A stretch of 64,000 nucleotides of DNA from Eledone cirrhosa (lineage: Eukaryota): positions 117,118,001 to 117,182,000 of the forward strand of contig OZ024742.1 in assembly GCA_964016885.1 (NCBI GenBank), read 5' to 3'. Below are positions 20,036 through 33,445 of this stretch, one piece after another. The translations under genes and the position numbers were made by a program. How positions within the stretch are numbered: position 1 is the stretch's first letter; the number at the start of each line of letters is the position of its first letter. Below the pieces are notes generated by a model. That model was not told the DNA's origin and searched no databases. It saw nothing but the letters and a program-made list of their open reading frames with translations.

Positions 20036-22875
20036 TTGTACTTGTACTTGTGTCGACATTCACCTTGGACGGGTTGAGCCGGCTTCTTCCCTTGTCCTGA
20101 CGGCATCCGGAACCATGGCAGCCCACGCACGATGGTCCCGGGCTAGGTCACTGGAGATAGCGAGCCAGTCACAGTTCCATCGACGCAGGCCGACCACCTG
20201 TGGACCTGAGAGTTCGGAGACGTCCTCCTTGATCATCGTTCCCCAGGTCTTCAGCTGCCCGCCAACGCACTTGTGCCAGTTAGGGAGTTGAGGTGGTAGG
20301 AGAACATCATGGATCAGCTCACCCTCAGCGCACCGGGCTGCATAACCAAACCATCTCAAGCACGGTTGCAGAAGCACTGAAAGAAGGGGTCAAAGATTCA
20401 GGCGAAGACGAAGACTGATTGTAGGTACCTGATTAACACGTCGGCAGCGAAGAATGCAGCGGAGACAGTTATTGTCGAAGACCTCCAGCCCTCGTTGATC
20501 GACTACCCTCATAGGCCATGTTTCACAGCCATAGAGAAGGATAGTGCGAACGATGGCCTGGTAGATTTACCCTTTGGTCGCCAAAGTGATCTCTCTTCTG
20601 TCCCACAGACACTGCTGGAGGCACCCAAAAGTGGGTCTGGCAGCACCTATGCGACGCTTGACCTCGGCTACGCCCTTTCCCGTTGGAACCACTGTTGAGC
20701 CCAGGTAAATTAAGGACTCCACATCCTCCAGGTCCACGCCCTTAAGAGATATTGGCTGCCAGGCATCAGGCGAGACTAGTGACGTCATGACTTTCGACTT
20801 GGCAGCATTGATTTGTAGACCAACAGTGGCGGCTGCAGTGTACACCTTTTCGAGAGCACCCTGTACATCTGTCCCGTTAGCAGCCATCAGCAAGATGTCA
20901 TCCGCATAGGCCAGGTCCGTCACCACGAACCCTCTCCCGATCTCTACGCACGGGTAATCCCGGAGCGCTGTGTTGAGAGTGTAGTCAATGGCATAGTTAA
21001 AGAGAGTTGGCGATAGCGCACACCCCTGCCGAACACCGGTCCCAACATTGAACGACTCCGTCTCCCCACCATAGACCCTCACTCGAGCCTGAGTCGACCA
21101 GTAGAAGCCTTGTATGAGACGAAGCAGCTTCACTGGGATGCCGTCCGCTGGCATTATACGCCATAGGGCTTCCCGATCCACCGAGTCGAAGGCAGCTGCA
21201 AAGTCGATGAAGCAGAGGATGGTAGGCTGTTGATGTGCCCACCATTGTTCCAGGACACACCGGAGAATGAAGATTTGATCAACGCACCCCTCTCCGGACG
21301 GAAGCCGCCCTGAGAATGATGGGTACGGACATCATGGATGCCTGGAACCTCTTCAGCAGAAGAATTGCGAAGGTCTTGGCAACAACGTTAATTAAACTGA
21401 TACCCCTCTAGTTGAAACACAGTTTCCTGTCGCCCTTTTTGAAGAAGGGTGGGAGAGTTGCCTTGCTCCATCGCCCACACCGAGGAGAAGACTTGATGGA
21501 ACCAAGCTGCGAAGACATCAGGCTCGGTCTTGTATACCTCAGCTGGAACACCATGCTCGCCCGGTGCATTGTTGTTTCCTAGATGTGTCAGGACACCACG
21601 TTCCTCCTCAACCATTGGAGGAGCAGTGCTGCACCCATATTCTTCTCCGGAAGGCTGCACGTAGGTTGGCGTGGATGGTGGCAGATGGTTGAGCAGCTCA
21701 GAGAAATGGTCCCGCCATTGGACTAGCCGGTCATTAAGATTGGTAATGACCGCCCCGTTCTGATCACAGATCGTCTCGCTGATACCCGTACAGCTTCGGC
21801 TGGCCCGCTTCACCAGTTGGTAGAGCTTGCGCGAGTCACCACAGGCTGCTGCCGCAAACTCGCGCCAGTGTGCATTCCGATCGGCCCGAATAGCTCGAGA
21901 TGTGCGATGTTGGAGATCTCGATGATTGGGTGCACCATCGAGTCGGGCCACTCTCGCCCTCTCCGCGAGTTCAAGAGTGCCGCCGGAGATCCAGTCCCTA
22001 TGGCGTCTTTGGCTCGACCGAGATGCCTCCTGGCCACCTCAATCGTCACCGCCCTGAGCGCGTTCCACTCCTGCTCCGGTTGCTGTTCCACTTCATTACT
22101 CAGCATTTGGAATTGGTTTCGCAGCTCTAGCCGGAAAGCATTTCCAGCATCGAGCTTGAGTCGCGAGATATCGATCCTTTTCTGGCGGTTGGGAGGAGGT
22201 TTCACCCGCAGCCACAGACAAAGGGTTGCTCAAACAAGAGTATGGTTTGACCCATGCTCACTGCCCGTATCAGCCCCCCCCCCCAATACACATATGAGTC
22301 CATCACTGAGCTGGCCCACTGAGATCTAACCAGGATGTAGTCAATCTGATTGGCCATTCTTCCGTCATTGGATCGCCACGTGATGAGGTGACACCGAGGA
22401 TGTTGGAACCGGTTGTTGGTGACGATAAGACGATTGGCATACGCGAAGGACATGAGCCGTTCACCATTGTCACAGCGTACGCCTAGGGTGAAGCGTCCTA
22501 GAATATGCCGTGTTGTATCATCAGCCGGCCCCATCCGCGTATTCCAGTCCCCAGCAACAGTGAGAACATCACTGGAGGGGACGCCATCCACAGTTGTTTG
22601 GAGATCGGCATAGAACTGTGTCTTGTCCGCTTCGTCCGCATTGAGTGTGGGAGCGTAGACGGCAATTACGCTGAAGTTGGAGATTTGACCCTTCAATCGA
22701 ATCAGCACAAGTCAGTGTGAGATCGGCTGCCACGCCAGTAGAGCCGCTTGCTCAGTAGAGCCGCTTGCTCAGTAGAGCCACTTGCTCAGTAGAGCAGCTT
22801 GCTCAGTAGAGCCGCTTGCCACTTGCTCAGTAGAGCCGCTTTCCACGCCAGTAGAGCCGCTTTGATCGGAAGATG
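20036..22875 (-). mobile_element. RTE-clade LINE (APE and RT, frameshifted), 5'-truncated
   Basis: VYAPT, AGDWN, NQIDYILV, GVRQGCALSP, LAYADD; (CAAGTA)n tail; TSD AACAGTGTTGTC at 20024-20035 and 22876-22887. Confidence 0.95.
22728..22862. repeat. 17-bp tandem reiteration at the RTE 5' junction
   Basis: CAGTAGAGCCGCTTGCT repeated about 7 times. Confidence 0.9.
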
Positions 22876-23449
22876 AACAGTGTTGTCAACAGCCGTACGA
22901 ACAGTTTCTCTGTGTCCCCATAGCTTTGGAGACCTTACTTTTGGGATTACCCTCGTATTATAGTGTGTATGGAGTTTATATATCCATTTAATACATTATG
23001 TGTATAATATATTAAAATGTGGACACAGCATGGCTATGTAGTTAAAATACTTGCTCACAATCATGATATTTGGGGTTTTGGCCCCACTTTTGTATCTTTT
23101 GCTCTAATCCTTGGGTTGAGCCAAGCTTTGTGAGTGAAATTAAGTTCATAAAAGTTGTTTGGAAACTTGTTAGATGGATTGTACCGGTAATTCAATGACC
23201 CAATCCTGTCGCTCAATGCGAATCACATTAAGGATATATGTCAGTAGCATACTCAGCCACTTACAGTTTTATTTAACAAGTAGGCCATTCAATTAAGTGA
23301 ACAACTGAACATTCACCATCAAAATCTTTATACTTAAATCTTATCTGTTTATGTCAAGAATAGAACACCACAGTGTGTTTACAATGAACATTTAATGTTG
23401 CTAAAATAACTTTATGGAGGACATACAATGACCAATCATCAGAATCATC

Positions 23450-24000
23450 ATCATAATGTTTATGTCCACTTTTCCATGCTTGCAATGTTTAGATGGATCC
23501 TTTCCAAAACATCTCACCACTTTTGTGCCCTATTGTCATCTCTTTTGAGATGACATCCTGAGATCATTTTTCACTACTTTTTCCTATACCTTCCTTGGCT
23601 TTCCTCCTTCAGAACAGTCTTGCAGAAAACATCCAACTCCTCTAATACCTAGATTTTCTTTCAACTCATCTATGCTTCCTCGTTAATGCACACTAACATC
23701 ATACACCCAGCAGAGTATGCTCATTTCATTTCTTTCCAATCTTTGTAAATTATCTGTATTTTACACCCATGTAATTTTGTGCTACATACACGAACACCAT
23801 ACAGTTTCCATTTTACCCAAAGAGAGAATCCCTTTCCTGTCAGCACAGACGATAGCATCCTGTAGTTTTTTCCAACCTATTCTGATTATAGGCTGCTATG
23901 ATTTCAAAGCACCGCTCCTATTACTAATTAGGTGACTCAGGTAACAGAAGCTATGAAGCGTTCCAAGCATTACACCCACTTTTTTCCAGTGATGCTCAGA
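23450..24000 (-). mobile_element. Old RTE LINE 3' fragment; similar fragments at ~29420-29740, 34490-35050, 38950-39350
   Basis: RTE C-terminal motifs, e.g. minus ORF 34768-34992 LYDTYVQSAMLHDSETWAVTAENMRRLE; shared CCATGCTTGCA-type 3' end. Confidence 0.65.
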
Positions 24001-26974
24001 GTGCTGACTACTCCTGTGCCTTTGTTACAAAGTCTACCTTCTCTGTTAGCCTAATTGCAATTTGATCAATGCAGAATGGTTGAAACCTTATGAAGTTTAC
24101 TTCACAATCATTAGATCTTGGATTCAATCCCACACTGTGGCATCTTGTGTCATTTACTATAGACTTGGGTTGACCCTTGCCTTGTAAGTGAAATTGGACA
24201 GAAGGAAACTGCCAAGAAACACCCTTCAGTTGGAGTGCACCTGTAATTCAAAGGGCCAGCTTTGTCATGCTTAATGCCCCTGATAAGTATTTAATGGGTC
24301 CATGTGTCTGTGGAATGCTCAGTTACTTAGAGGTTAATTTCATGAGCAGGCCTTTTCATTGACCAAACAACTGGAACACTCATCATTGTAGCCTATGAAG
24401 GTCCATTCCATCTGCAATTTCCATACAATTCTAATGTATTCCTATTTTACATTGAAATCACAGAATAGAATCCCTACATACATCTTTTCTATATATTTAC
24501 CATGGCCTTTCCTCTGAAGATATCAGGATCTTGTCTTCTTTCTTACTAACTAGGTCTTTATACTTTACTAGTTCTACATAGTTCTTTTTAAAAAATCTCT
24601 ATATACAGTTTTGATGGTTACTGTGTCATCATCATCCACATTTGTAGGTCCATATTTTCTGAGGCAGTATTCTGCAGCTCAATATACAAACACACACACA
24701 CACAAATATATATTATGAGCTTGTGCATTGTTTCCATCTTCCAGAATCATTCACAAAACATTAGTCAACTTGAGCTATATTAGAAGATACTTGCCAATGG
24801 TACTGTGGAGTAGAATAGAACCTTGAAACATGGTTATGAAGCAAACTTCTTTATGAAACAACAGTGTATCAGCCTTCAATCACAACATACAAAAGTTATT
24901 AAAAAAAAAAAAATCAATCTTTATCTGCACTATTGATATTTCCTGCATTTCCTCATACAGTATGAATTTTTTTTGTTAAATGTTGTTTTAATATTTACAT
25001 CACAAATGAGGGTGGTAGATTAACAGAACTGGTAGATGATCAGATAAAATGCCATTGCAGTATATGTTTTGGTTCTTTACATTCAGAATTCAAATCCCAC
25101 CAAAGTCAACTTTGCATTTCATCCATCCAGACTCAATAAATTAAAGCTTCAGTCATATACTTGGGTTGATTTACTCACTTTTGTCCTTCCTTCAAAAATT
25201 CCCTAGCCTTAGATATCATTATTTACATCAGAAATAATCTTTTCAGAGTTCCCAGTGCTGCTGTGATCTAATATGCTTCTACAGTTAAATAGTCTTTTTT
25301 TCTCTGCCATCCCTTCCTTCCTCCCTCTATTCATTCTCATATATACAAACCCCTCTCTCTCACCCTTTCTTCATTCAAGACATTATAATTTTTTCCTTGA
25401 AAGCCTTACTCACAAATAATAGTTTATAAATAATATCTACAGCTATATTGACAAGGAATTCAATATTGAATTTTTTAATTGTAAACTCTATAATGCAAGT
25501 AACTATTTTTCATTGTTTATCTATAAACGGATAGATCTAGTAAAAAAACAATATATTTGTTATGCTTTTAATGTAGGATACTACTGTCAACAAAGACCAC
25601 TTATACATTTAGTTGATTTAATCATATATACCTGCACTTTCACTAAAAAATGTTATAGTAAAATCTATAATGGACATAACTATTTACCATTCTTTGTTTA
25701 TGAAATGACAGATCTAGTGGAAAAACAATCTATTTTCCATGAATTTGATGTAGGTTACTGCTATCAATCGAGCCCAGTCATATATTTGGTTTATTTAATT
25801 GCATATATATCTAAACTTCCACAAGAGAGTTGTCCTTATGTCTATCAAATGTCTTTCCAGAAGCTACCAGTAAATTTTCATTATTTATTCAGCTGCAATG
25901 ATACACTTGAACTCTGTCAACCCAAACAAGTTCAAACAAGTTAACCATAACTTCACATTTTACTTTCTGTAGGCTATTATTTCTTCCATTTGTTGATACT
26001 GGTTACTTAATCCAAAGAAGAATGTCATTCAAGAACAGTGCAATGATGTAGTTCTTGTCAAACCTGCCAACATATGCTAGAAATATAACAAAAGGAAATA
26101 TAATTACTTCTATTCAATATTGTTAACAGTGGATTATAGAAAGTTAGTGATACCTGAAGGTGTTTTGTTTGGATTTTACCATATCAGCTTCATTTTTCAG
26201 AATGTTAATACTACTGGGATCAATTTTCATTTAATTTTTCTTTGATGTACCAATCATCATCATCACTACTGTTTAATGTTTATTTTCCATACTTGCTTCG
26301 GTTATACAGGCTATCACATTACTAGGCCTGACAGGTCAGGTGACCTCATCTTGCTCATACAATTGATATAAATTTCAAAATTATACTAGTGCTATAAATG
26401 TACCAATTATAATATGCTAGTGTCAGCTCAATCATTTCTGTCCTTTGCTCAAAGAAAACATTACAAAAGAGCCAGTTTAATAATACCTTTTAAGAATAAA
26501 CTGTAAATTGATAGCAAGCTCTTTATTTCATAGAGTTGTAACTTTTTTCAGTAGAGCTGTATTACTGGAAAATGGGTAGCAGGTGGTGGATAGCAAAATG
26601 ACCATCAGATATGGTGGTTAGTTGTGGCATCTGTTGAATGAATAAGCAACCCTGGACAAACAAAGGTAAAATATTGGGGGAGATGGAGGAATGGATTACA
26701 CCTTTAGCTCCCAATAAAACACCCACAACCCAGTGATGTAGTTATGATAAAGTGAGTAAAAGCTACCTCTAAAAAAAATTAGTTTTCATGGGTCTGGGAA
26801 AGTTCCAGATTACTGACTGGCACAAATAAGACCACCAAAACTGCAATATGGTGAGAGGTAAAAAATGAATCATACCACATCCTTCTTTGTGTTGTAAAGA
26901 ACCTGTGATTTGCCTGTGACCTGTTCTGGAAGGTGTGAGATGGACACATAAAAATTGCTTATCCCAAGGTGCCA

Positions 26975-27434
26975 AAGAAGGTTTCAAAGGGAGCAAATTG
27001 TAACACTTGAAACATCACAACCCTTAAAGAACTAGTAGATGAGGATAAATGCTACCAGTTCTGGTACTGTAGATTTGGATGGAGGATGGAAACTCCACTC
27101 TTCAGGTGTAGCACCAGTAATGATTGCACAGAGGGGAGTGGGGACACTCACTAGCTCCCAGTTGGCAGAATGTGTTATCGACTGGATTGCATTCAAAGGG
27201 AGGAATTGCATATTGAAGCTAAGAATGAAAGATAGGTCTCTGTGACTTTTGCAGCATTAGATGTAAAGACTGAATCATATATCCTAATGGGAGACTCCAT
27301 TGCGCATGTTGGCACTGACCATGGAATGGATTGTTTGGATCCCAATTCAAATACGAATGGAGAAGCCTTAATAGACTTCTGTTCTAGCAATGATCTCTCT
27401 ATTATCAACACCTTCTTCCAGCACAAAGACATCC

Positions 27435-27471
<37 letters not shown>

Positions 27472-28390
27472 TACATGGTATAAGAGGAATAAGGGACATA
27501 CATCAATAAATGATTTTGTTATTGTCTATGATCTCTTTGATTCTGTGCTGGAAGTTTGTGCTAAGACAGGGGCTGAGCTGTCAACTGATCACCATCTAGT
27601 TATCTAAAACTTGAGACTACCTAAATCCAAAGAAACCCATAAACCTGGCAGATCCAGATTGACCTACAGGATAAAGTCAGAAGTCTTGGTGGATAAGAAT
27701 GTCAGGACCACGTATGCAGATACTATTGCATCCAAATTCAGAGTACTCCCTGAACAAACTAAGTATGTTGAAATGGAGTGGATATTGTTCAGCTCAGCAG
27801 TTTCTGCTTCAGCTGTCAAATGCTGCAGGTGAAAGTGGCTTGGTATGATACCAGGTAGCAGGAGGACCCTTTGATTCAATCAAGAAGTCAAATATGCTAT
27901 CCAAGCAAAGAAGAAGAAGGTTTACAAAGCTTGGCTTGGAAATAAGTCCTCCTTCTTGCACTTGCAGTACAAGCAGGCATGAAAAGCTGCAGCAGAAACA
28001 ATAAAGGTATCCCAAGTATAGACATGTTAAGGTGTCCCAAGTATATAAGTTAAGCTGGAATCCGACTTCAAATCAGCAAATTAAGTGGCAGACCATCCAC
28101 TGTAGCTGTAATAAGAAGTCTTTCTCCATACCTGCTATCAGGAATACATCTGGGATTGATGACTAATCTCTTGGAGGCTGAGTTCAGAATAGCAATTAAA
28201 GTAAAGAGTTCAGATGAGGCAAGGCCACTGGGGAATTTAATATACAGCTCAAGATGTTAAAAGCCTTAAATAGAGAAGTATTTTCTGTTTGACTTTAGTG
28301 TACCAATTGGCCTGGATCTCCTGAAAGGCACCTATTTTGAGAAGGGATCTTATTGACCCCTCTAACAACACAGAGTAACTTCCCCTAGAT
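26975..28390 (+). mobile_element. Degenerate RTE-like LINE (endonuclease region)
   Basis: ILMGD..AHVG, NGEALIDFC, IINTFFQHK, GAELSTDHHLV; many stops. Confidence 0.8.
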
Positions 28391-28571
28391 CATATGAATA
28401 CAATTTTGTAAAATAAACCACCGGAAGCAAGCATTAGTCTAGATATTTATGCATTCAGAACTGATGACTAAGCATGGCAAGAGGCACATACAAATTCTGA
28501 TTCATGCATTTGCCACTAATGCCTATGAAACTGGTGTTAAATATATAACTACCTCTATGTTTACATATATA

Positions 28572-28650
28572 CAGGGTGTCCCAAAAATGTGTACACACTT
28601 CAACAGCATTCTAATAAATATGTGTATATATTTTGGGGTGACATCCTCTG
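28572..28650. mobile_element. Tiny Tc1/mariner-type MITE
   Basis: TA-CAGGGTGTCCCAAAA ... TTTTGGGGTGACATCCTCTG-TA. Confidence 0.6.
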
Positions 28651-28790
28651 TATATATACATATATGTATCTGCTATTTCAAGCATTAAACTAATAGATTT
28701 CTTCTATGTACTGTGCCATTTGTCTTGTTATTTTTGTTATTACTTTTACATAGATATATATATATATAAGGAGAGAGAGAGAGAGAGTGA

Positions 28791-28844
<54 letters not shown>

Positions 28845-29884
28845 ATATGAAATTGTTCTTATAAAATTTAATGGTGTAAAAAATAACACCACCACCGTTA
28901 ATAGTAACAGCAGCAAAAACAGCAAAGTCAAAGAATAGATAAATAGTAATGATCAAACTAATAAGTGAAGACGACAATGATATTGAAATGTAAATCTGAT
29001 TTGCAGTTAAAATGAAAGAATAACTTGTATGTTAAAATAATATTTCCATTTGCTGTTCATTTGATATGTAGAAATACTGACCGGACAAATTTGTTCCAGA
29101 GAACAGTAGTCTAATGGCTCATTTACTAAGAGCTCATATATTGATTGCTAGTGTAAGTAAAGAGTGTAGACTATTAGGTATCACATATTACTATACTAAG
29201 AGCTATTGTTCTTATTTTAAAGAAATGGCCACTACAAAATGTTATTCATCTAAATATTCAATCATTGTTTGATTTTTCAAAGCTATAGATATCCGGCAGA
29301 CTTATGTTATCTAGAATTGTCTTTCAGCTATTGTCTTACTTTTATGATCAATAGCTACCAATAGTTACATCTTCAACAAAACATTCATTGCTGTTTTCAT
29401 TTATAGATATCATCACCATCGTTACCATTTAACATCTGTTTGCCTTGCTAGCAAGCGTTGGAAAGGTTGTCATCTTCCAAATGCTTCACATATCCATACA
29501 ATCTTAATCTTCTCTCTTTCGCACACTCTCTGACACTTCTTTTAGAGAGTTTTCAGTCAGCTCACTTATGCTATGCCATAATTGCACACTAACATTACAC
29601 ATCCACTAAAGCTTGCTTGTTTCATTTCTTTCTAGGCTTCTCAGGCCTTCTGTTGTCAAGGCCCATTTCCCACTGCCTTCTAGCATTCCAGTTTGCATAC
29701 AGGCTTCATACATTCTTCCTTTCACTCTTAGAGGGAATTCTTAAAATCTGGGGCTTTTAGGTGTTCCGTAAACCTAGAGGGGGCTCTCAGAGCTTCCCCA
29801 CCTTGCTTTATTCCTGAACTACTAATACTATGACTGCACTTCACAAATGTTGTTGACGTCATCAGTTATACCCAGATATATTAA

Positions 29885-31550
29885 AAGTCCTTCCTGAATC
29901 TGTGTAGCTTTAGAAATGGTAGGGGGACAATGGGCGTGATCTTTACGGAGAGACAGTTGCAAGAGAAATGCATTGAGCTGAGAATCTGTATCAGGTGTTT
30001 ATCGATCTGACAAAGGCTTTTGATACAGTCAATAGAATTGTGCTGTGGAAGATTTTCAGGAAAAATGGGTGTCCTGATAAATTTGTCTCTCTATTGTGAG
30101 GTTTCTATAATGGGTGGTAAGCCCTCTGATCCCATTGAGGTTGAAAATGGTGTTAAGCAAGGAGACATTCCAGTGCTGACTCTTTTTGCATTGTACTTTG
30201 CTATAGTTTTCTTGATGGCTTTTGAGGGCTGCTCACATGATGTCTACATTAGATATCAAAAAACAGGTAAAATGTTCAATGTCAGAAGATTTGTTGCCAG
30301 AACAAAGATATTTACATCGCTGATATGTGAATTCATGTGTGCTGACGATGGTGATCTTGTAACTCATTCCAAGAGTGACAAGCAACATCTCATGGATTCT
30401 TTTTCGAAAGTATGCAGTGCATTGAGTCTAACAATCAGTCTGAAAAAGACTGCAGTGATGTTCGAACCTACACCAGCCAAAGCTTACTCTATGCCAAACA
30501 TATATGTCTTTAGCCAGAGATTGAATGTCGTGGATAAGTTTGTACATCTAGGCAGCCTTGTGAATATGACCAATACTCTGGATAAAGAAATCTCCCCCTG
30601 AATCCAGAGGGTAAGTGATGCATTTGCAAAACTGGATGGACATTTATGATCTCAGGATGGTATTTCCATTGAGACAAAGTTAAAAGTGTATAATGCTTGT
30701 GTTTTGTCCTCCTTGTAGTGTGCATCTGAGACTTGAGTCATTTACTGAAGACATCTCAAAAGGTTGGAGCACTTTCACCAACAGTGTCTTCGACATATAC
30801 AGAGTATCCACTAGAAAATGTATGTGAGTGACACTGATGTCCTTGAACACAGTTGATCTACCAGTATAGAGACTCTCATATTTCAGCATCGATTAAGATG
30901 GAATGGTCATGTAGTGAAAATGGTTGATGATCACATCCCTAGACAGTTCTCGTATGGCGAACTGGTCGAAGGTAAATGACCGGTGCACAAACCAAAATTG
31001 AGGTACAGGAATTGTATTAAAAGCATACTGGGGAAGATGAAAATATAGGAGAATGACTAGCAGAACCTTGCTCTAGATCGACTTTTCTGGAGGAAGGCAG
31101 TGCCTGGTGGGAAGGGAGAATTTGAAAGAAACTGTGTTGAGCATGAACAGTTCAAGCAGTGAGCTCATAAGGCCTTGAGTTTAGTTTGCCTGAGTATCTT
31201 GGCATGCAGGCTGATTTAACTTGTAATGAATGTGGCTGGTTATGTCTAAGTAGAGTGGGCCTTGGAAGTCATTGAGGAAACCAGACACTTGGAGACACTG
31301 ACAACTGCGCATTGTATGGCATTTCTGTTTGCAGGGAGTGTAAAAAAGAGTGTGCCTCAGTTGGTGGACTAAAACATCATTTGAAAGTGCACCAAAACAG
31401 CCCTGTAACACTGCATGAGGCCCCCATCATTGCAACATCTGTGCAAGAGTGTGCAAGTTCCTAGCAAGATTGAAAAGCCAGGTCCATGCTGCTCATCATT
31501 AAGTATCAAGTGATAGCATTACTCAAATTTGAGTTGCAGCCATCATATGA
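29885..31550 (+). mobile_element. Degenerate RTE (BovB-like) LINE, RT to C-terminus, with three C2H2 fingers
   Basis: QLQEKCIE, FIDLTKAFDTV, GVKQGD, CADD, LTISLKKT, HLGS; three C-x2-C-x12-H-type motifs at 31222-31500. Confidence 0.85.
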
Positions 31551-31644
31551 CATAAATCATAAATATATTAACTGAATTGTTATGGCCCAAATGACTTTCT
31601 TTTATTCCCTAAAATAGTGATTATTCAAACAAGTAATACAAAGG

Positions 31645-31870
31645 TATATACACAAACTAAGTCACCTAGCATTGTATATACGTAGTTATATATACAAACT
31701 AGGGCACCTAGTATTTTATATACACAGGTATATACAGAAACTAAGGCACCTAGCATTGTATATACATGAACTAAGTTACATAGCCATGCATATCCACCAA
31801 GTGAAGTACATAGCTATCTATATACACAAAGTAAGTTACATAGCTGTATATGCCTAGAAACTAAGATATA
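31645..31870. repeat. Degenerate ~33-bp minisatellite
   Basis: ATATACA(C)AAACTAAG..ACCTAGCATTGT units. Confidence 0.75.
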
Positions 31871-31944
31871 TTCCATCATTTCTCTCAAGTAATTTTAGTT
31901 TTCTTTACTTTTGATATATAGATAAATAATGAATAAACAATGTT

Positions 31945-32930
31945 TATTAGGTCATGGGATGCCATTGTTATCTCATATATTACATTATTTCTTTTGTTTC
32001 AGGCGAATTTAAAGATGCATGGGTTTACAAAGAAAAGTTTTGGATTGATTTGTTATACACAATGAGAGGGGCAGTTAGTTTAGCTTTTTTGCTTTTGTAA
32101 TACAGAATATAAAGACATTTTAATGAATGTGTCAACAGGTTGATAAGACATGTAATGATGTACTACAGAGATTTTATGCCCTGCGCTGAATGTTTCAGAT
32201 TTATTTATTTCAAACCAGCCCTTTCAAACCTTATGTTTAAAATATATATGTTATTGTATATGGCTATTCTTTCATTTTCCACCAATTTTAATATGTTTTC
32301 CCAATGAGAAAACCCATTTATTCACCTGTTAGAAAACATTGGTTAAGTTTGTAAAATTAGATGCCATTTCAGCTGTATGGATATTTTATTTGGATTATAA
32401 CTAAATCCACAGTGAAATGATTTATTCAATGAAAGAAATGTTTCAGATTTGAATTTCAAATTTCAAAGCTGTTTATGCATTTTAGATAAATGCTGTAGCA
32501 CAGTCTTTTAAAACACTGCCCAAGAGTGAGTTCCTAAGATATGCATCCTTTATTAATTTTACAGAAAAGTGAAAGCTCAATTTTGTAAGGTTTCTATTTT
32601 TTGGGTAATCGAATCATGTTGTTGTTCTTTTTTATTTTTACTTGTTTTATTACAGCTAGTGAAGTTGAAAATCTTGCTAGATGATTGCCAAATAATATAA
32701 TCCTCCACAATGCTTGGGATGAAGCTTTAGTTTTCGAATGCATAGATGATGCAAATGTAGCATAAAGTATGAATGATTGTGATGCAAAATATTACAGAAG
32801 TGATGTTTTATGGAATTTTTTGAAATCTTTGTCACTTGTCACTGAAAAATGGCAGGAAAAGATTCAAGTATCTGTCTTAAGTTATAGAGGTTTTTCATGT
32901 AATATCATACTCTAATGCTCCTGAAGATAT
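31945..32930 (+). pseudogene. Ancient hAT-superfamily transposase relic
   Basis: VMGCHCYLI (~GCPCHxIH), FCNTEYKDILMNVST (~HVSTRW), VLQRFYALR, TNFNMFSQ*ENPFIHLL, YYRSDVLWNFL, RFKYLS*V..VISYSNAPE (dimerisation-domain-like), in the expected order. Confidence 0.7.
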
Positions 32931-33153
32931 CTTGGGAAAAAATGAAAGTGTTAATTATACATGAATAAATATGGTAACATACAAACTTACTGAAATGTAG
33001 CTAAAAACTATAAAACATCTATGAAAATTTATGCTAATTTTTCCATCATTTTTCCATCATTTCCGTTCAAGTTAGTTGGCAACACTGCAAAATGATTGAA
33101 TATAATATATATATATATCCACACATGTACATATATATATATATATATATATG

Positions 33154-33201
<48 letters not shown>

Positions 33202-33204
33202 TTT

Positions 33205-33445
33205 ATGTAAATGGTAAACAAAAGTAGCAAAATTAAAGGCACAGTACATTAAGAAATACATTAATTTAATGCTTGAAATAGCAGGAAGAGAGTCTTAACC
33301 TTTCGGACACTAGTTCTTCATCAGAAGATAGATTTAGAAATAGAAGATAAATAGAAAATAAAGAGTGATAAGAGGAAGTAAATGGTAAAAATTAGGGGAA
33401 AAAATGAGGGTAGAAAAAACACACATGCGTATTCAATTTGCCATC
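33205..33445 (-). mobile_element. Penelope-like pseudo-LTR copy with mutated minimal hammerhead (33293-33328)
   Basis: Inverted homologue of 2885-3118; TCTT-CTGATGA-AGAACTAGTGTCC-GAAAGGTT-AAGA. Confidence 0.7.

Larger units (their letters stand above)
18786..22955 (-). mobile_element. Complete mariner (Tc1/mariner) element interrupted by an RTE insertion
   Basis: 28-bp terminal inverted repeats CGAGGGCAATCCCAAAAGTAAGGTCTCC / GGAGACCTTACTTTTGGGATTACCCTCG, TA on both sides; ~1.3 kb after removing the insert. Confidence 0.95.

Noticed and set aside
18945-22329. Plus-strand ORFs over the mariner and RTE
   Set aside because: Antisense shadows of GC-richer transposon coding sequence
22735-22862. 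Short regular repeats resembling a CRISPR array
   Set aside because: No unique spacers, eukaryotic context, and derived from the adjacent RTE sequence
32003-32073. Apparent host exon EFKDAWVYKEKFWIDLLYTMRGA with AG/GT borders
   Set aside because: Lies collinearly between hAT transposase motifs; better explained as transposon relic
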